A stretch of DNA of 64,000 nt from Alphaproteobacteria bacterium (GCA_050175015.1 JBFXJJ010000014.1:1-64000), one strand, 5' to 3'; counted from the first letter of the stretch, positions 11,133-22,793 are shown. The notes: generated from the letters alone by a model not told the origin. Numbers and translations: made by a program.

Positions 11133-11831
11133 TTACTTACAATTATAAAGTTGATTAAATTTATCAATAAAGGCTTTTTCTGAAACTTTGGGAGACCAAG
11201 GAACTAATGTGGCATTTTCTTTAAGCGGAGTTGCAATTCCAAAAAGAGGGTCAGCTTCTTTTTTTGAAAATCCTGCAATTAAAACCGCTTCAGCATAGGC
11301 GCTGGCTCTATCCGCATCTTTTATGGCGTGATGAAGCTCAAGCGGCAGAATTGCTGGAAGCCCGAAACGAATATGAATTGCAGCTTCTAATCTTTTTTCC
11401 ATATTACGATAATCATCATTAACCATAGCAGCTTTTGCTGGACCGCATAAATCACCACCAAGATAACCTTCGGGAGCATCGTGGCACAAACTTGCAAGAA
11501 GCCATTCTCTGGCAGATAGATTAGATTTCTCAATGTCGTCCTGATATGCTCCAGCTTCATTAATCTTCCATTCAAGAATATCAGTAACCAGAACAGAATG
11601 CTGTGCCACAGAAAAACCATAGTCGGTTGCAGTCATTCCTGCCCAACGGCTAATTCGGCTCAACGATAATGCTATATCTGAAATTTCGACATCTACAGGA
11701 GACGGATCTAATAAGTCTAGCCTGCGCCCTGATGGACATCTAATCCAAGCCCGAGACAAACCTTGATTCTTTTTAGTTTCATAAGGTTTTTTATTTTTAG
11801 GGACCGATTCAAAAATGTCAACAAGACGCAT
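11133..11831 (-). CDS. HD-superfamily hydrolase (YfbR-like 5'-deoxynucleotidase)
   Basis: SGRRLDLLDP, R-W-A-G, SVAQHS, HDAPE, AD. Confidence 0.85.
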   Translation of the reverse strand: MRLVDIFESVPKNKKPYETKKNQGLSRAWIRCPSGRRLDLLDPSPVDVEISDIALSLSRISRWAGMTATDYGFSVAQHSVLVTDILEWKINEAGAYQDDIEKSNLSAREWLLASLCHDAPEGYLGGDLCGPAKAAMVNDDYRNMEKRLEAAIHIRFGLPAILPLELHHAIKDADRASAYAEAVLIAGFSKKEADPLFGIATPLKENATLVPWSPKVSEKAFIDKFNQLYNCK

Positions 11832-11930
11832 ATTCTTTTAATCCTTTATTTGATTGATTCATTTATAGCAATGTTGCTTAAAGGATTCAAATAAAAGACT
11901 TCAAAAAAGATAACTATTTGATAAGAATGT

Positions 11931-13031
<1,101 letters not shown>

Positions 13032-13043
13032 TTATTAATTTCC

Positions 13044-13128
13044 GAGTCGACATTGAAAAACCTAGTTTTTTTGATTTTTCTATGTCCTGAACGTCATTAT
13101 CCACATGATTTAGTCAAGAAATTATTAA
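13044..13128 (-). promoter_or_regulatory. ccrM control region: GANTC site (13044-13048), perfect DnaA box TTATCCACA (13097-13105), CtrA-like box TTAA-N7-TTGAC on the minus strand (13113-13128)
   Basis: Motifs read directly; the CtrA box has 1 mismatch to TTAA-N7-TTAAC; located in the rnhB-ccrM spacer. Confidence 0.6.
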
Positions 13129-13143
13129 CAACAATAATTTTTT

Positions 13144-13752
13144 TTAAAAAACCATATTTTTTATTGGGGCAAAAGTCTTTCTGTGATGAGGGGTTATTCC
13201 ATATTTTACAATTGCGTCAATATGGCTTTTGGTTCCATATCCTGCGTGTTTTTCAAAGCCATACTGAGGGTACTCCAGAGCAATCTCACTCATTATCTTG
13301 TCTCTTCTGACCTTGGCAACGATTGATGCTGCTGCGATAGAAACCGACTTTGCATCGCCTTTTACAACGGTGGTAACGGGGCATATAAGTTTAGGGGGCT
13401 TATTACCATCAACGATAGCAAAATCGGGTTTTATAGATAAATTTTCAAAAGCTCTTTTCATCGCAAGCAGGCTAGCTTGCAGAATGTTAATTTCATCAAT
13501 TTCGGCTACACTGGCAAGGGCAAAGCCTATGGTGACGGCTTCTGAGTTTTCAAGTTCTAAGAGAAGAGTTTCTCTTTTTTTGGCCGTTAGTTTTTTAGAA
13601 TCATTTAGAGCTGCGGCTAAACTTGGTGCAATTTTATTGCGGTCGATAATGACAGCCGATGCGGCAACAGGTCCTGCCAAAGGTCCTCTGCCAGCTTCAT
13701 CAAGACCAGCAACCGTTCCTAAAAAAGTTTCTTCTATACTAAAATCAGGCAT
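13144..13752 (-). CDS. rnhB: Ribonuclease HII
   Basis: GLDEAGRGPLAGPV, DSKKL, DGN, SIAAASIVAKV, GYGT; start taken at MPDFS (13752). Confidence 0.96.
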   Translation of the reverse strand: MPDFSIEETFLGTVAGLDEAGRGPLAGPVAASAVIIDRNKIAPSLAAALNDSKKLTAKKRETLLLELENSEAVTIGFALASVAEIDEINILQASLLAMKRAFENLSIKPDFAIVDGNKPPKLICPVTTVVKGDAKSVSIAAASIVAKVRRDKIMSEIALEYPQYGFEKHAGYGTKSHIDAIVKYGITPHHRKTFAPIKNMVF

Positions 13753-13894
13753 CTTTTTAAACCTTCTCTCAAAATGAAAATGTAGCAACCTAAATATTAT
13801 GATTTTTATTCATGGTTATAAAATAAATTTTTAACTTGAAGTTTATTTCATTTAATAATCATATATACCTTAAAATATTTTAAAGGGGTATTTT

Positions 13895-14812
13895 ATGTCA
13901 AATATAGATAAGATTGAAAGATTAAGAAAACTAGGTGCGGTAGCTAGTATCTCGGTTGCAGTTACACTCGCTGTAACCAAAATTGCGGCAACGGTTTTAA
14001 CCGACTCTCTTGCTGTTATGTCATCTATGGTTGACAGTTTGGCAGATATTGTAGCTTCAAGCATTACGTTTTTTTCGGTAAAGATGGCGCTAAAACCACC
14101 ATCAAAAAAACACCGTTATGGCTTAGGTAAAGTTGAGGCCTTAAGCGCTCTTGCCCAATCAGCTTTTATTGGCGTTTCAGGGTTTTTTATTGCTTTTGAT
14201 GTTTTCCGCAATGCTTTTAACCCCGCGCCGGTGGTTTCGGGAAAACTTGGCATTTATGTTATGGTTTTCAGTATAATTATGACAATCATTTTAGTGTTTT
14301 TTCAAAGGTACATAGCAAAAAAAACAAGCTCGCTTGCCTTAGAAGCTGATGCCGCAAATTATAAAGGTGATATTGCCACTAATTTTTCAATTATATTCGC
14401 TCTAGTTATGGTCGAATATTTTAATTTGAAGTGGTTTGACCCCCTAGTTGCTATGATTGTTGCATCATATCTCATTAGAAATGCTTACAACATTGCCCGC
14501 AAAGCAATTAAAATGCTTCTAGATCACGAACTTCCTGAAGATATTAGATTGCAATTAAACGATATAATTAAAAATAATGCGTTTGTTTTTGGTCTTCACG
14601 ATTTGCGTACCAGAGATACGGGGACAGAGGAAATATTCGAATTTCATTTAGAACTAGATGGCTCTCTAACTCTTGATAAAGCCCATGAGCTGACACATAA
14701 GGTGGAAGATCAAATTAAAGAGGCTTTTCCAAAATCTCAAGTTATTATTCATCAAGAACCTCACGGCTTAAATGATGAAAGACTTGATTATAAAATATCA
14801 GGAAACGATTAG
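13895..14812 (+). CDS. fieF: Cation diffusion facilitator transporter (FieF/YiiP-like)
   Basis: DSLAD, HRYGLGKVE, 6 TMs, HDLRTR, HLELD, IIHQEP. Confidence 0.88.
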   Translation: MSNIDKIERLRKLGAVASISVAVTLAVTKIAATVLTDSLAVMSSMVDSLADIVASSITFFSVKMALKPPSKKHRYGLGKVEALSALAQSAFIGVSGFFIAFDVFRNAFNPAPVVSGKLGIYVMVFSIIMTIILVFFQRYIAKKTSSLALEADAANYKGDIATNFSIIFALVMVEYFNLKWFDPLVAMIVASYLIRNAYNIARKAIKMLLDHELPEDIRLQLNDIIKNNAFVFGLHDLRTRDTGTEEIFEFHLELDGSLTLDKAHELTHKVEDQIKEAFPKSQVIIHQEPHGLNDERLDYKISGND

Positions 14813-14863
14813 CTTTTTTGATTTTGCTAAGCAATTAAAAAAAGATTGGAGAAAAACAGCTTG

Positions 14864-16573
14864 CTATTTTCGAACAACAAAGCATCTTGAGTTGATGTTT
14901 TGACCATAATAATTTTCAAAAGAAAAAGCTTTTTCAAATAAAATATCTAGCTCAAAGTCAGACAACAATTTTTTGAGATGGGTAAGCGAATGGCAGAATA
15001 GTCCATCTTTATCTAATTTGTAAACTTCTTTAGGATTATTGCCTACTTTTACCGTGAAAATAAAATAGCCATTGGGAACCAGCGCTCGGTTTATTGATTG
15101 CAGATATGGTATCAGATCACCTTTGGTTTGAAAAATGCCATCGGCAATAATTAAGTCGAAATAATCATACGTATCTTCTAAGAACTTCGTTACTTCTATA
15201 TTGTGAAGATTATCATAGATTTCTTGATTGCGGCAAAGCTCAACCATATGAGATGATATGTCAATGCCGTACAAATTGCCAAAGGGAGCAAGAGGTCTTA
15301 ACGTCTTGCTTAAACTGCCGCTGCCGCAACCAATATCTAAAACCATATTGCCAAGTTTTTTAGCAAAAACGGTTTGAGATAACAGTCCTATAACAGCATT
15401 ATAACTAGCTGCGGTTTCTTGGCTCATTTCGTGCTTGTTTGTATATAGAGCTCTTTGGTTATAAATACGTTTTAAATATTCAAATTCGCATTCTGATACT
15501 TTTCTATTATCAATAATATTTTTTAAATGCAGAACAATGCTGTCAAAAGGTTTAGCCTCAATCCAAAAATCAATAATATCTTTAACGGCTTCAAGGTTTT
15601 TATCAATAAGGCTTAAAAGGGTGTTATGAATAAAAACAATGTCGCTTTCATTTAAGTCATTATTGGCGATAGCTGTTTTGAAATATTTACAGTTATCTGC
15701 AATATTATCAGAAACATTTATTAATATGCTTCCAATAGCAATATTTAGTTTAGAGTTTAATGGATCTTTATAAAAAGCTTTCTCAAGCATATCAACAGCC
15801 TCATTTATATAGCCGTTATTATAAATTAAGAGTGCAATTTGAGCAGTTGTTTCAACATTATAATCAGATGATTCCAACGCATTTTTTAAGATTACTAAAG
15901 CTTCTGAATCTTTATTTAAAGACATTAATAATTGCGATTGTTCAATAAGATTTTGAACATTATCAGGTTCAATATTTTGAACCATGCGGTAGCATTCAAG
16001 AGCGTCATCAAAATGTTCAAGTTCTTGAAAAATTCTAGCTTTTATTAAGTATGCGAGACTGTTTTTATTGTTATTTGCAATAAGTTTATCGCACATTTTT
16101 AAAGCTTTTTTATATTTTCCTGTTGCTGCCGTAATTTGAGCAATGTACGTTTGGGCATCTTGGTTGTCTTTAGAAAAAGTTTTTAGAATATCATAAGCTT
16201 TGTTATTAAGGCTTAAACCGATTAATGCCCTAGCTTGATTTAACAATAAATCATTGCTTGATTGATTTTTTTTAGGTTTAAATTTTAGGCAGATATTTAA
16301 GGCTTCGTCATACTTTTGAAAATCACATAAAATTTTAGATGTTCCGATATATCCAAAAGCTTCCTTAGGGACAAGTTCGAGGCATTTTTGATAAAGCGTT
16401 AGAGCTTCGTCTTTATTTCCTGTCTGATAAAAAATATCAGCCAGCATATTATAAGCTGGAGCAAAAAAAGGTTTTTCGGCGATAATATCATTAAGAAGAG
16501 CTGAGGCTGTGCTTAAATCATTGTTGTTATAAGCCGTTGAGGCATCATTAAATATTTTTTCAAAGTTGGCCAT
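14864..16573 (-). CDS. TPR-repeat protein with C-terminal class I SAM methyltransferase domain (divergent paralog)
   Basis: Helical TPR-like repeats, then LDIGCGSG and GIDISSHM; same layout as the neighbouring gene. Confidence 0.8.
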   Translation of the reverse strand: MANFEKIFNDASTAYNNNDLSTASALLNDIIAEKPFFAPAYNMLADIFYQTGNKDEALTLYQKCLELVPKEAFGYIGTSKILCDFQKYDEALNICLKFKPKKNQSSNDLLLNQARALIGLSLNNKAYDILKTFSKDNQDAQTYIAQITAATGKYKKALKMCDKLIANNNKNSLAYLIKARIFQELEHFDDALECYRMVQNIEPDNVQNLIEQSQLLMSLNKDSEALVILKNALESSDYNVETTAQIALLIYNNGYINEAVDMLEKAFYKDPLNSKLNIAIGSILINVSDNIADNCKYFKTAIANNDLNESDIVFIHNTLLSLIDKNLEAVKDIIDFWIEAKPFDSIVLHLKNIIDNRKVSECEFEYLKRIYNQRALYTNKHEMSQETAASYNAVIGLLSQTVFAKKLGNMVLDIGCGSGSLSKTLRPLAPFGNLYGIDISSHMVELCRNQEIYDNLHNIEVTKFLEDTYDYFDLIIADGIFQTKGDLIPYLQSINRALVPNGYFIFTVKVGNNPKEVYKLDKDGLFCHSLTHLKKLLSDFELDILFEKAFSFENYYGQNINSRCFVVRK

Positions 16574-16575
16574 AT

Positions 16576-18090
16576 TTAACTCTTTTCGGCGCTAACAATA
16601 TATCCCATAACAGCTTCACCCGCTTCTTTCCTAAGTTCTTTTTCTTCAAAATCAACTGTAATAAAGCCACAGTCTTCTAAGGTTTTGATGACATAATCAA
16701 TATTATGTGAAAACCTGCCAGAAGCATTTAGGATATAACCAAGAGGCGATTTTTTCAATCTTCTTGTTACCGTAAAAAAGATAGTTCCATTTGTTTTTAA
16801 TGCTGAGAACAAACCTTCAAAAAGGTTTTTTAAGTCTCCAAAGTAAGTAAAGACATCAGCCGATACAATTAAATCATATTCATCTTTGTGCTGAGTTAGA
16901 AAAGAGACAATCTCGCTTTGATAAAGCGTATCATACATATTTTTTTCTTTGGCTTTATCAAGCATACCTTGAGATAAATCTATCCCTATAAGTACTCCGT
17001 TTTTGGTGTAGTCTTTTAAGTATTGGCTGCATAATCCAGTCCCGCAGCCTGCATCTAGAATGGTATAGCTACTGTTTTTAATCGGTATCTTTTTATTTAA
17101 AGCTTTTGCAATCAAACTTGGAGCTTGATATTCAATGGCTTTTAAACTGCGGTCAAAATCAGGAGCAAAAGCGTCAAACAGTTTTTTGATATAATCATCA
17201 TCAGCTCTTTTGGGAATTTGACCAACAGCTATTGCCGCAGACATATGAAGCGCAACCGAATTATTCGGAAAGGCTGTTATCCATTTTTTTGCAAGTTCTT
17301 GAGCTTCATTTATTTGCTTTTTGGTGACCATACTATAAAGAAGGTAGCCTAGAGCAAGGTGATTATCATTGTCACTGGGATTGTTTGTTATAACCTTAAA
17401 GTAGCATTCTCCAGCTTTTGCAAAGTCTTCCGTTTTTTCGTAAACCCCTGCAAGGTTATTAAACACGATGAAATTATCTTTATCAAGTTCTAGCGCTGTA
17501 TTAAAAGCTGTTATTGCTTCATACGGTTTTCCTAGAGCATCGAGCGCATTTCCTGCATTAATATAACCATTAACGTCTTTAGGATTAACCTCTATAGCTT
17601 TTTGAGCATAATCAAGGCTTTCATCAAAACGTTCGAGACTGAATAAAACACTTGCCGCATTGGAGTAAGCATCAGAGTAAGAACTGTTTATTTCGATAGC
17701 TTTTTGATAATATTTAAGGGCTTCTTCATAATTTTTTTGTAAATCAAGAATGTTCCCCATATTAACAAGAGCGGTAATGCAGTTTTCATCAAGGCTCAAA
17801 GCTGCTTTAGAATGTTCTTCTGCTTTGTCTATAATCCCTTTTTCATAATAAGCACAAGCTAAAGCCGAGTGGGAATTGGGATTGTTGGGTGCTATTTCTA
17901 CAGCTTTAAGATAGCTTAAAAAAGCATTATCTTTTCGCTCTAAAGCATCATAACAATAGCCCGAGCAAATTAAAGCATCGGCTAGATTTTCATCATTTTT
18001 GGCAACTAAACTATGATAACCTTCTAAGGCTTTTTGATATTCACCTGAAACATATAACTGCCAAAGATAATCTAGTTGTTCATTTGCCAT
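16576..18090 (-). CDS. TPR-repeat protein with C-terminal class I SAM methyltransferase domain (COG4976-like)
   Basis: Multiple canonical TPRs; YIKKLFDAFAPDFD, LDAGCGTG, GIDLSQGML, ADVFTYFGDL, GRFSH. Confidence 0.88.
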   Translation of the reverse strand: MANEQLDYLWQLYVSGEYQKALEGYHSLVAKNDENLADALICSGYCYDALERKDNAFLSYLKAVEIAPNNPNSHSALACAYYEKGIIDKAEEHSKAALSLDENCITALVNMGNILDLQKNYEEALKYYQKAIEINSSYSDAYSNAASVLFSLERFDESLDYAQKAIEVNPKDVNGYINAGNALDALGKPYEAITAFNTALELDKDNFIVFNNLAGVYEKTEDFAKAGECYFKVITNNPSDNDNHLALGYLLYSMVTKKQINEAQELAKKWITAFPNNSVALHMSAAIAVGQIPKRADDDYIKKLFDAFAPDFDRSLKAIEYQAPSLIAKALNKKIPIKNSSYTILDAGCGTGLCSQYLKDYTKNGVLIGIDLSQGMLDKAKEKNMYDTLYQSEIVSFLTQHKDEYDLIVSADVFTYFGDLKNLFEGLFSALKTNGTIFFTVTRRLKKSPLGYILNASGRFSHNIDYVIKTLEDCGFITVDFEEKELRKEAGEAVMGYIVSAEKS

Positions 18091-18096
18091 ATTTTA

Positions 18097-19224
18097 TTAT
18101 TGCACAAAGTGAGACCATAAAACACCTGCCGCTACAGCAGAACCTAAAACTCCAGCAACATTTGGAGCCATCGCGTGCATTAAAAGATGATTGCTGGGAT
18201 CTTCGTTCTGCCCTACGATTTGAGCAACTCTAGCAGAATCAGGAACGGCAGAAACACCCGCAGCTCCAATTAACGGATTTATTTTTTCTTTTAAAAAGAT
18301 ATTCATAATTTTTGCAAAAATAATGCCTCCAGCAGTTGCTATCGCAAATGAGGTTGCACCAAGAACAAAAATAAGAATGGACTGGCTGGTTAAAAATGTT
18401 TGAGCCTGAGTACTTGCTCCAACAGAAAAACCTAAAAGAATTGTAACAATATCGATTAAAGAATTTCTGGCTGTGTTTGCTAGCCTTTCAGCAACGCCGC
18501 TTTCTTTCAATAAGTTGCCTAAAAACAGCATACCGATAAGTGATATAGCGCCAGGTGCAATAACGGCTGCGATAATAAAGCCGCCTATAGGGAAAATGAT
18601 TTTTTCACGTTTGCTTACAACTCTAGGGTCTTTCATTTTAATTAGGCGTTCTTTCTTAGTTGTTAGAAGTTTCATAATAGGAGGCTGAATAACAGGAACC
18701 AAAGCCATATAAGAGTATGCGGCAATCGCAATAGCGCCCATAAGGTGAGGGGCGAGTTTTGCCGAAATAAATATTGCGGTAGGACCATCTGCACCGCCGA
18801 TAATGCCGATAGATGCAGCTTCCTGTCCTGTAAAGCCCAAAGCTAAGGCTCCAATTAAGGTTACAAAAATACCAAGCTGAGCAGCTGCTCCCAATAGAAT
18901 TAATTTCGGGTTTGAAAGCATATAGGAGAAGTCGGTCATTGCTCCTATTCCTAAGAAGATTAAAGGCGGGAAGATACCAGCTTTAACACCGAAGTAGATA
19001 TAGCTGGCAACACTGCCTTGGTCATATACTCCGATAGCCATACCAGGGATTCCTGGAATATTCCCAACAATGGCTCCAAAGCCGATAGGCAGAAGCAATA
19101 AAGGCTCATAATGTTTAACTATTGCCAGATATATGAATCCCATACCAATAAGAATCATTATAATATTGCCTAAGGTAATATTAGCAATTGCGGTTGTATT
19201 AAAAAAATCTGCTAAGATTTCCAT
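18097..19224 (-). CDS. oadB: Na+-translocating decarboxylase beta subunit
   Basis: EPLLLLPIGFG, IFLGIGAMTDF, GIIGGADGPT, AYSYMALVP, GAAGVSAVP, HAMAPNVAG. Confidence 0.95.
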   Translation of the reverse strand: MEILADFFNTTAIANITLGNIIMILIGMGFIYLAIVKHYEPLLLLPIGFGAIVGNIPGIPGMAIGVYDQGSVASYIYFGVKAGIFPPLIFLGIGAMTDFSYMLSNPKLILLGAAAQLGIFVTLIGALALGFTGQEAASIGIIGGADGPTAIFISAKLAPHLMGAIAIAAYSYMALVPVIQPPIMKLLTTKKERLIKMKDPRVVSKREKIIFPIGGFIIAAVIAPGAISLIGMLFLGNLLKESGVAERLANTARNSLIDIVTILLGFSVGASTQAQTFLTSQSILIFVLGATSFAIATAGGIIFAKIMNIFLKEKINPLIGAAGVSAVPDSARVAQIVGQNEDPSNHLLMHAMAPNVAGVLGSAVAAGVLWSHFVQ

Positions 19225-19279
19225 GAGTGGTTTCCCTTAAAATTAACCTTATGGTTATTAAAATTTTTTAGCTTTTAAT

Positions 19280-19531
19280 CTATTTGTTTTTATGATTTAA
19301 AGCGGCACTTATAGCTAAAGCTATCTCGTCATTAGACGATTGCTTTAGCGTGTTATGTGTAGGAGTTGTGTTTTTGCTTAATTTATCAATTATGGTTAAA
19401 AAGTGAGGCATTAAACCGACAAATACGCTGATTATTGTTAATGTAAAAAACACAATCAAAATGCCGACAGCTGATAAAGTGTAGCCATTGCCTTCAGCTA
19501 TTCTTGCGACATCAAAAAAGTTTTGTTCCAT
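19280..19531 (-). CDS. oadG: Na+-translocating decarboxylase gamma/delta subunit
   Basis: 83 aa with one TM (GILIVFFTL) and the C-terminal EIALAISAALNH motif; between oadA and oadB. Confidence 0.82.
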   Translation of the reverse strand: MEQNFFDVARIAEGNGYTLSAVGILIVFFTLTIISVFVGLMPHFLTIIDKLSKNTTPTHNTLKQSSNDEIALAISAALNHKNK

Positions 19532-19557
19532 ATCTTGCCACCTTTGTTCTATAAAAA

Positions 19558-21351
19558 TTATCCTATTTTTGCGAGCTCTTGACCTGTTGTGATATGCTGG
19601 CTTTCTGAGACCATAATTTTGCTAATTGTACCATCAACCGTTGCTTTTATCTCAATTTCCATTTTCATTGATTCTAAAATCATTATGACGTCACCAGCTT
19701 TAACAGCATCTCCAGCTTTTAAGAGAATTTTCCACATTGTTCCAGGCATAGGAGAAACAATAGAAGCCCCTCCTGCTGAGGCAGTTGGTTTCGAAGATGA
19801 GACCGTCTCTTTTTTGCCATCTTGAATGTCAAAATTGTAAGTTTTGCCGTTAACTTCGGCAACACCATCTTGCACAAATTTGACACAGTAATTTTGGTTG
19901 TTTATTGAAATTGTTTTAATGTCAGAAGAACAAGCCGCGCTTTCTTTTTCTTTATATCTAACCATAACCTTGGCTTCACCTTTGAGATAGGTAATACCTT
20001 TGTCTTTACAGGTTGCAACAATAAAAAGATTTTCATCAGTTATAGGAAGGCTTGCTTCTTCTAACAGTTTTCTTGCCGCATCTAAGCCTTTAGTTTCATC
20101 AGCATCATTTATTTCTAATGGTGTTTTGGTTGTTGGTTCCAATTTTAACTGCTCGGCTGCTATTTTCACGATTTCTGCATCTGGCTCAACCGGAGTTTTA
20201 CCGAAATAACCAAGAACCATTTTCCCAAAACCGTCCGCTATTTTTTGCCATTCTCCAAAAATAACGTTGTTGAAAGCTTGTTGAAAATAAAATTGGGAAA
20301 CAGGTGTAACAGATGTTCCAAAGCCGCCTTTTTTGACGACATCGCCCATAGCAACAGAAATGTCATGGAATTTGTCCATCATGCCATTGTCTCTAAGCAT
20401 TTGAGTGTTTGCAGTAAGAGCGCCGCCAGGAAGGGGACTCCAAGGCATATTCGGTTCAACTCTCATAGCTTCAGGAGGGAAGAAATATTTTGCCATACAG
20501 TCGTTAAGAACTTCTTCTGCTTTTAAAACCTTTTGAATATCAATATCAAGTGAGAAGTCCGTTCCTCTCAAAGCGTTCCACAAAGTTGCAATATCAGGTT
20601 GGCAGGAACCTCCAGATAACGGCGATAATGATAAATCAACAGCATTAGCACCAGCTTCAATAGCTGCCATATAAGCAAGCATAGCCATACCTGAACTTTC
20701 GTGGGTATGGTAATGAATCATAACATCATTGCCAAGTAAGTTGCGGGCACGTTTTACGGTTTCAAATATTGTTTTGGGAAGAGCTGTGCCTGAGGCATCT
20801 TTGAAGCATACTGAGTCAAAAGGAATTTCTGCATCTAAGATGTTTTTTAGGGTTTTTTCATAAAAGTCAGGATCATGAGCTCCTGAACAGCTAGGAGGAA
20901 GTCCCATCATTGATATTGAAACTTGATGTTTTAAACCAGCATCTTTTATACACTGAGCGCTGTATCTGATATTATTAATATCATTTAAAGCGTCAAAATT
21001 GCGCATTGCAGATATTCCGTGCTTGTGAAATAAATCCGCATGCATTTTTATAACGTCAGAAGATTGGGATTCTAGTCCGACAACATTAATTCCACGAGAA
21101 AGAGTTTGAAGTTCAGCATCTTTTCCAGCGGCATTGCGGAAAGCGTCCATCATAGCGAAAGCATCTTCATTACAATAGAAATACAGTGCTTGAAATCTTG
21201 CGCCGCCACCAGCTTCAAACCAGTTTATACCAGCATCTCTTGCGGCCTCAACCGCAGGTAAAAAATCTTTGGTTAAAACTCTTGCTCCGTAAACAGACTG
21301 AAAACCATCACGGAAAGCGGTACACATAAATTTAATATTTTTCTTAGACAC
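19558..21351 (-). CDS. oadA: Oxaloacetate decarboxylase alpha subunit / PycB-like carboxyltransferase with biotin carrier domain
   Basis: RDGFQS, FKDASG, HYHTH, PGGA, VTPVSQ, biotin site ESMKME; start taken at GTG 21351 after an AGGA RBS. Confidence 0.88.
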   Translation of the reverse strand: MSKKNIKFMCTAFRDGFQSVYGARVLTKDFLPAVEAARDAGINWFEAGGGARFQALYFYCNEDAFAMMDAFRNAAGKDAELQTLSRGINVVGLESQSSDVIKMHADLFHKHGISAMRNFDALNDINNIRYSAQCIKDAGLKHQVSISMMGLPPSCSGAHDPDFYEKTLKNILDAEIPFDSVCFKDASGTALPKTIFETVKRARNLLGNDVMIHYHTHESSGMAMLAYMAAIEAGANAVDLSLSPLSGGSCQPDIATLWNALRGTDFSLDIDIQKVLKAEEVLNDCMAKYFFPPEAMRVEPNMPWSPLPGGALTANTQMLRDNGMMDKFHDISVAMGDVVKKGGFGTSVTPVSQFYFQQAFNNVIFGEWQKIADGFGKMVLGYFGKTPVEPDAEIVKIAAEQLKLEPTTKTPLEINDADETKGLDAARKLLEEASLPITDENLFIVATCKDKGITYLKGEAKVMVRYKEKESAACSSDIKTISINNQNYCVKFVQDGVAEVNGKTYNFDIQDGKKETVSSSKPTASAGGASIVSPMPGTMWKILLKAGDAVKAGDVIMILESMKMEIEIKATVDGTISKIMVSESQHITTGQELAKIG

Positions 21352-21654
21352 TGCATTTATCCTAGCTAAAATTATCAAAATTGTTTGCTCTGCAAACGTT
21401 CGCTGTTTACTTTATATATTATCATTGTTGCAACTTTCCAAGTAAAATCGGTCTCAAAAGTACAAATAAATTGTTTTTAGATGCGATTTTTTTGAATTGT
21501 TTGCTAAAGAATGCGCAAAATTAAAATATGAAATAGTAATGTTTATCAATAAAATAAGAAATGTATGAAAAACTTTTAAACTATTAAAGAATTGTGTTAA
21601 AATTTATAGCATCTAAAAGTTTATAAGACGGTATAAATTTATATAAAAGGTTTG

Positions 21655-22425
21655 ATGATGAAGTTTGTTGTTGCAATGTTTATACTTATCTCTTCCCTAA
21701 TGCTTTCTTCTAAGGCTTGGGCAGAGGGAGAAGGATTTGTTACGATAAAAAACCCCGAAAAAACTCGCATAGATCAAAAGCTTATTTTGCAAGCAGATAA
21801 AGAAATGAAAGGGTATTATAATAAAAACACCTTTATACCTTATAGTTTTTTAGATGTAAGCGGCCCCATAAAAGTTCAGTTGCCGCCGCTTTGGGTTTCT
21901 ACGGTTTTGGCAAACGCTGCAGGCAATAGCGATCTTTTAGACGATATTGTTAACCAAATAGTTGATAATGGAAAAGTTTTGAATGAAGAGGGAGCAGAGG
22001 TTGCGCTGCTTACTAATGACGAAGGGCTTATCGTAACTACAAGTCAAATGGTTATTGGCGGTTTTTTAGAGCCAGTTTATGCTTTTAACCGTAAGATGCT
22101 TGCGCCTGGCGAGAAATATCTTGGCTATGTTAACAAAAATTGTTTTTTGGTTATCAGACAAGGCGATAATGAGCGAACCTTGATTCCTAATTTTTCGGGT
22201 GAATATTCTGAGCAAGCAGAATATGCTGATTTTGATTATGGCCCGACAAGCAAAGAGCTTAATGTTTTAAGACCTCTGATTACTAAGGACGGTTCTATTC
22301 TAGGGTGGGCTAGAAATAATGGCTATGTCTATGATAGGGCGGGAAACATTTTGGCGATTGCTCCTAGATGTGAAACTATTACCGTTTCTTTTCCAGAACC
22401 TCCGCCGCAGCCAGACGTTCAATAA
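21655..22425 (+). CDS. Hypothetical exported protein
   Basis: Signal peptide (MMKFVVAMFILISSLMLSSKAWA|E), Pro-rich C-terminus; no family recognised. Confidence 0.75.
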   Translation: MMKFVVAMFILISSLMLSSKAWAEGEGFVTIKNPEKTRIDQKLILQADKEMKGYYNKNTFIPYSFLDVSGPIKVQLPPLWVSTVLANAAGNSDLLDDIVNQIVDNGKVLNEEGAEVALLTNDEGLIVTTSQMVIGGFLEPVYAFNRKMLAPGEKYLGYVNKNCFLVIRQGDNERTLIPNFSGEYSEQAEYADFDYGPTSKELNVLRPLITKDGSILGWARNNGYVYDRAGNILAIAPRCETITVSFPEPPPQPDVQ

Positions 22426-22626
22426 TATTTTTTATTGTGTTGGTAAGATTTTTCTAAAATACATCTTCTATATAAAATAAGTTATATAAAATAAGACCGT
22501 CAGGTAAGGATTAATATTGTTCTTTTTATATGCTCTAAAGAATAAATAAGTGAAACAGAGAGTAGTTGTTTGTGAAGGTGCTAATAAATTTAAAGGTTGA
22601 AAATATATTTGTGTTTTATTTTAAAA

Positions 22627-22663
22627 TTAGAGCCCTTTTAGGTTGGGGCTAAAAAGGCTCTAA
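22627..22663. terminator. Hairpin between convergent genes (likely bidirectional terminator)
   Basis: TTAGAGCCcTTTTAG-gttgggg-CTAAAAaGGCTCTAA. Confidence 0.6.
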
Positions 22664-22793
22664 CATATGCGTGGCAACAACGTAAAATGTTCCTTAAAAC
22701 AATTTTTGTTGTACCACAGGCATCAAATTCAAGACAGGCTTATATTGCATTATCGATAAACAATCTGCCTTAATTATTTCAATGTGACAGTTT

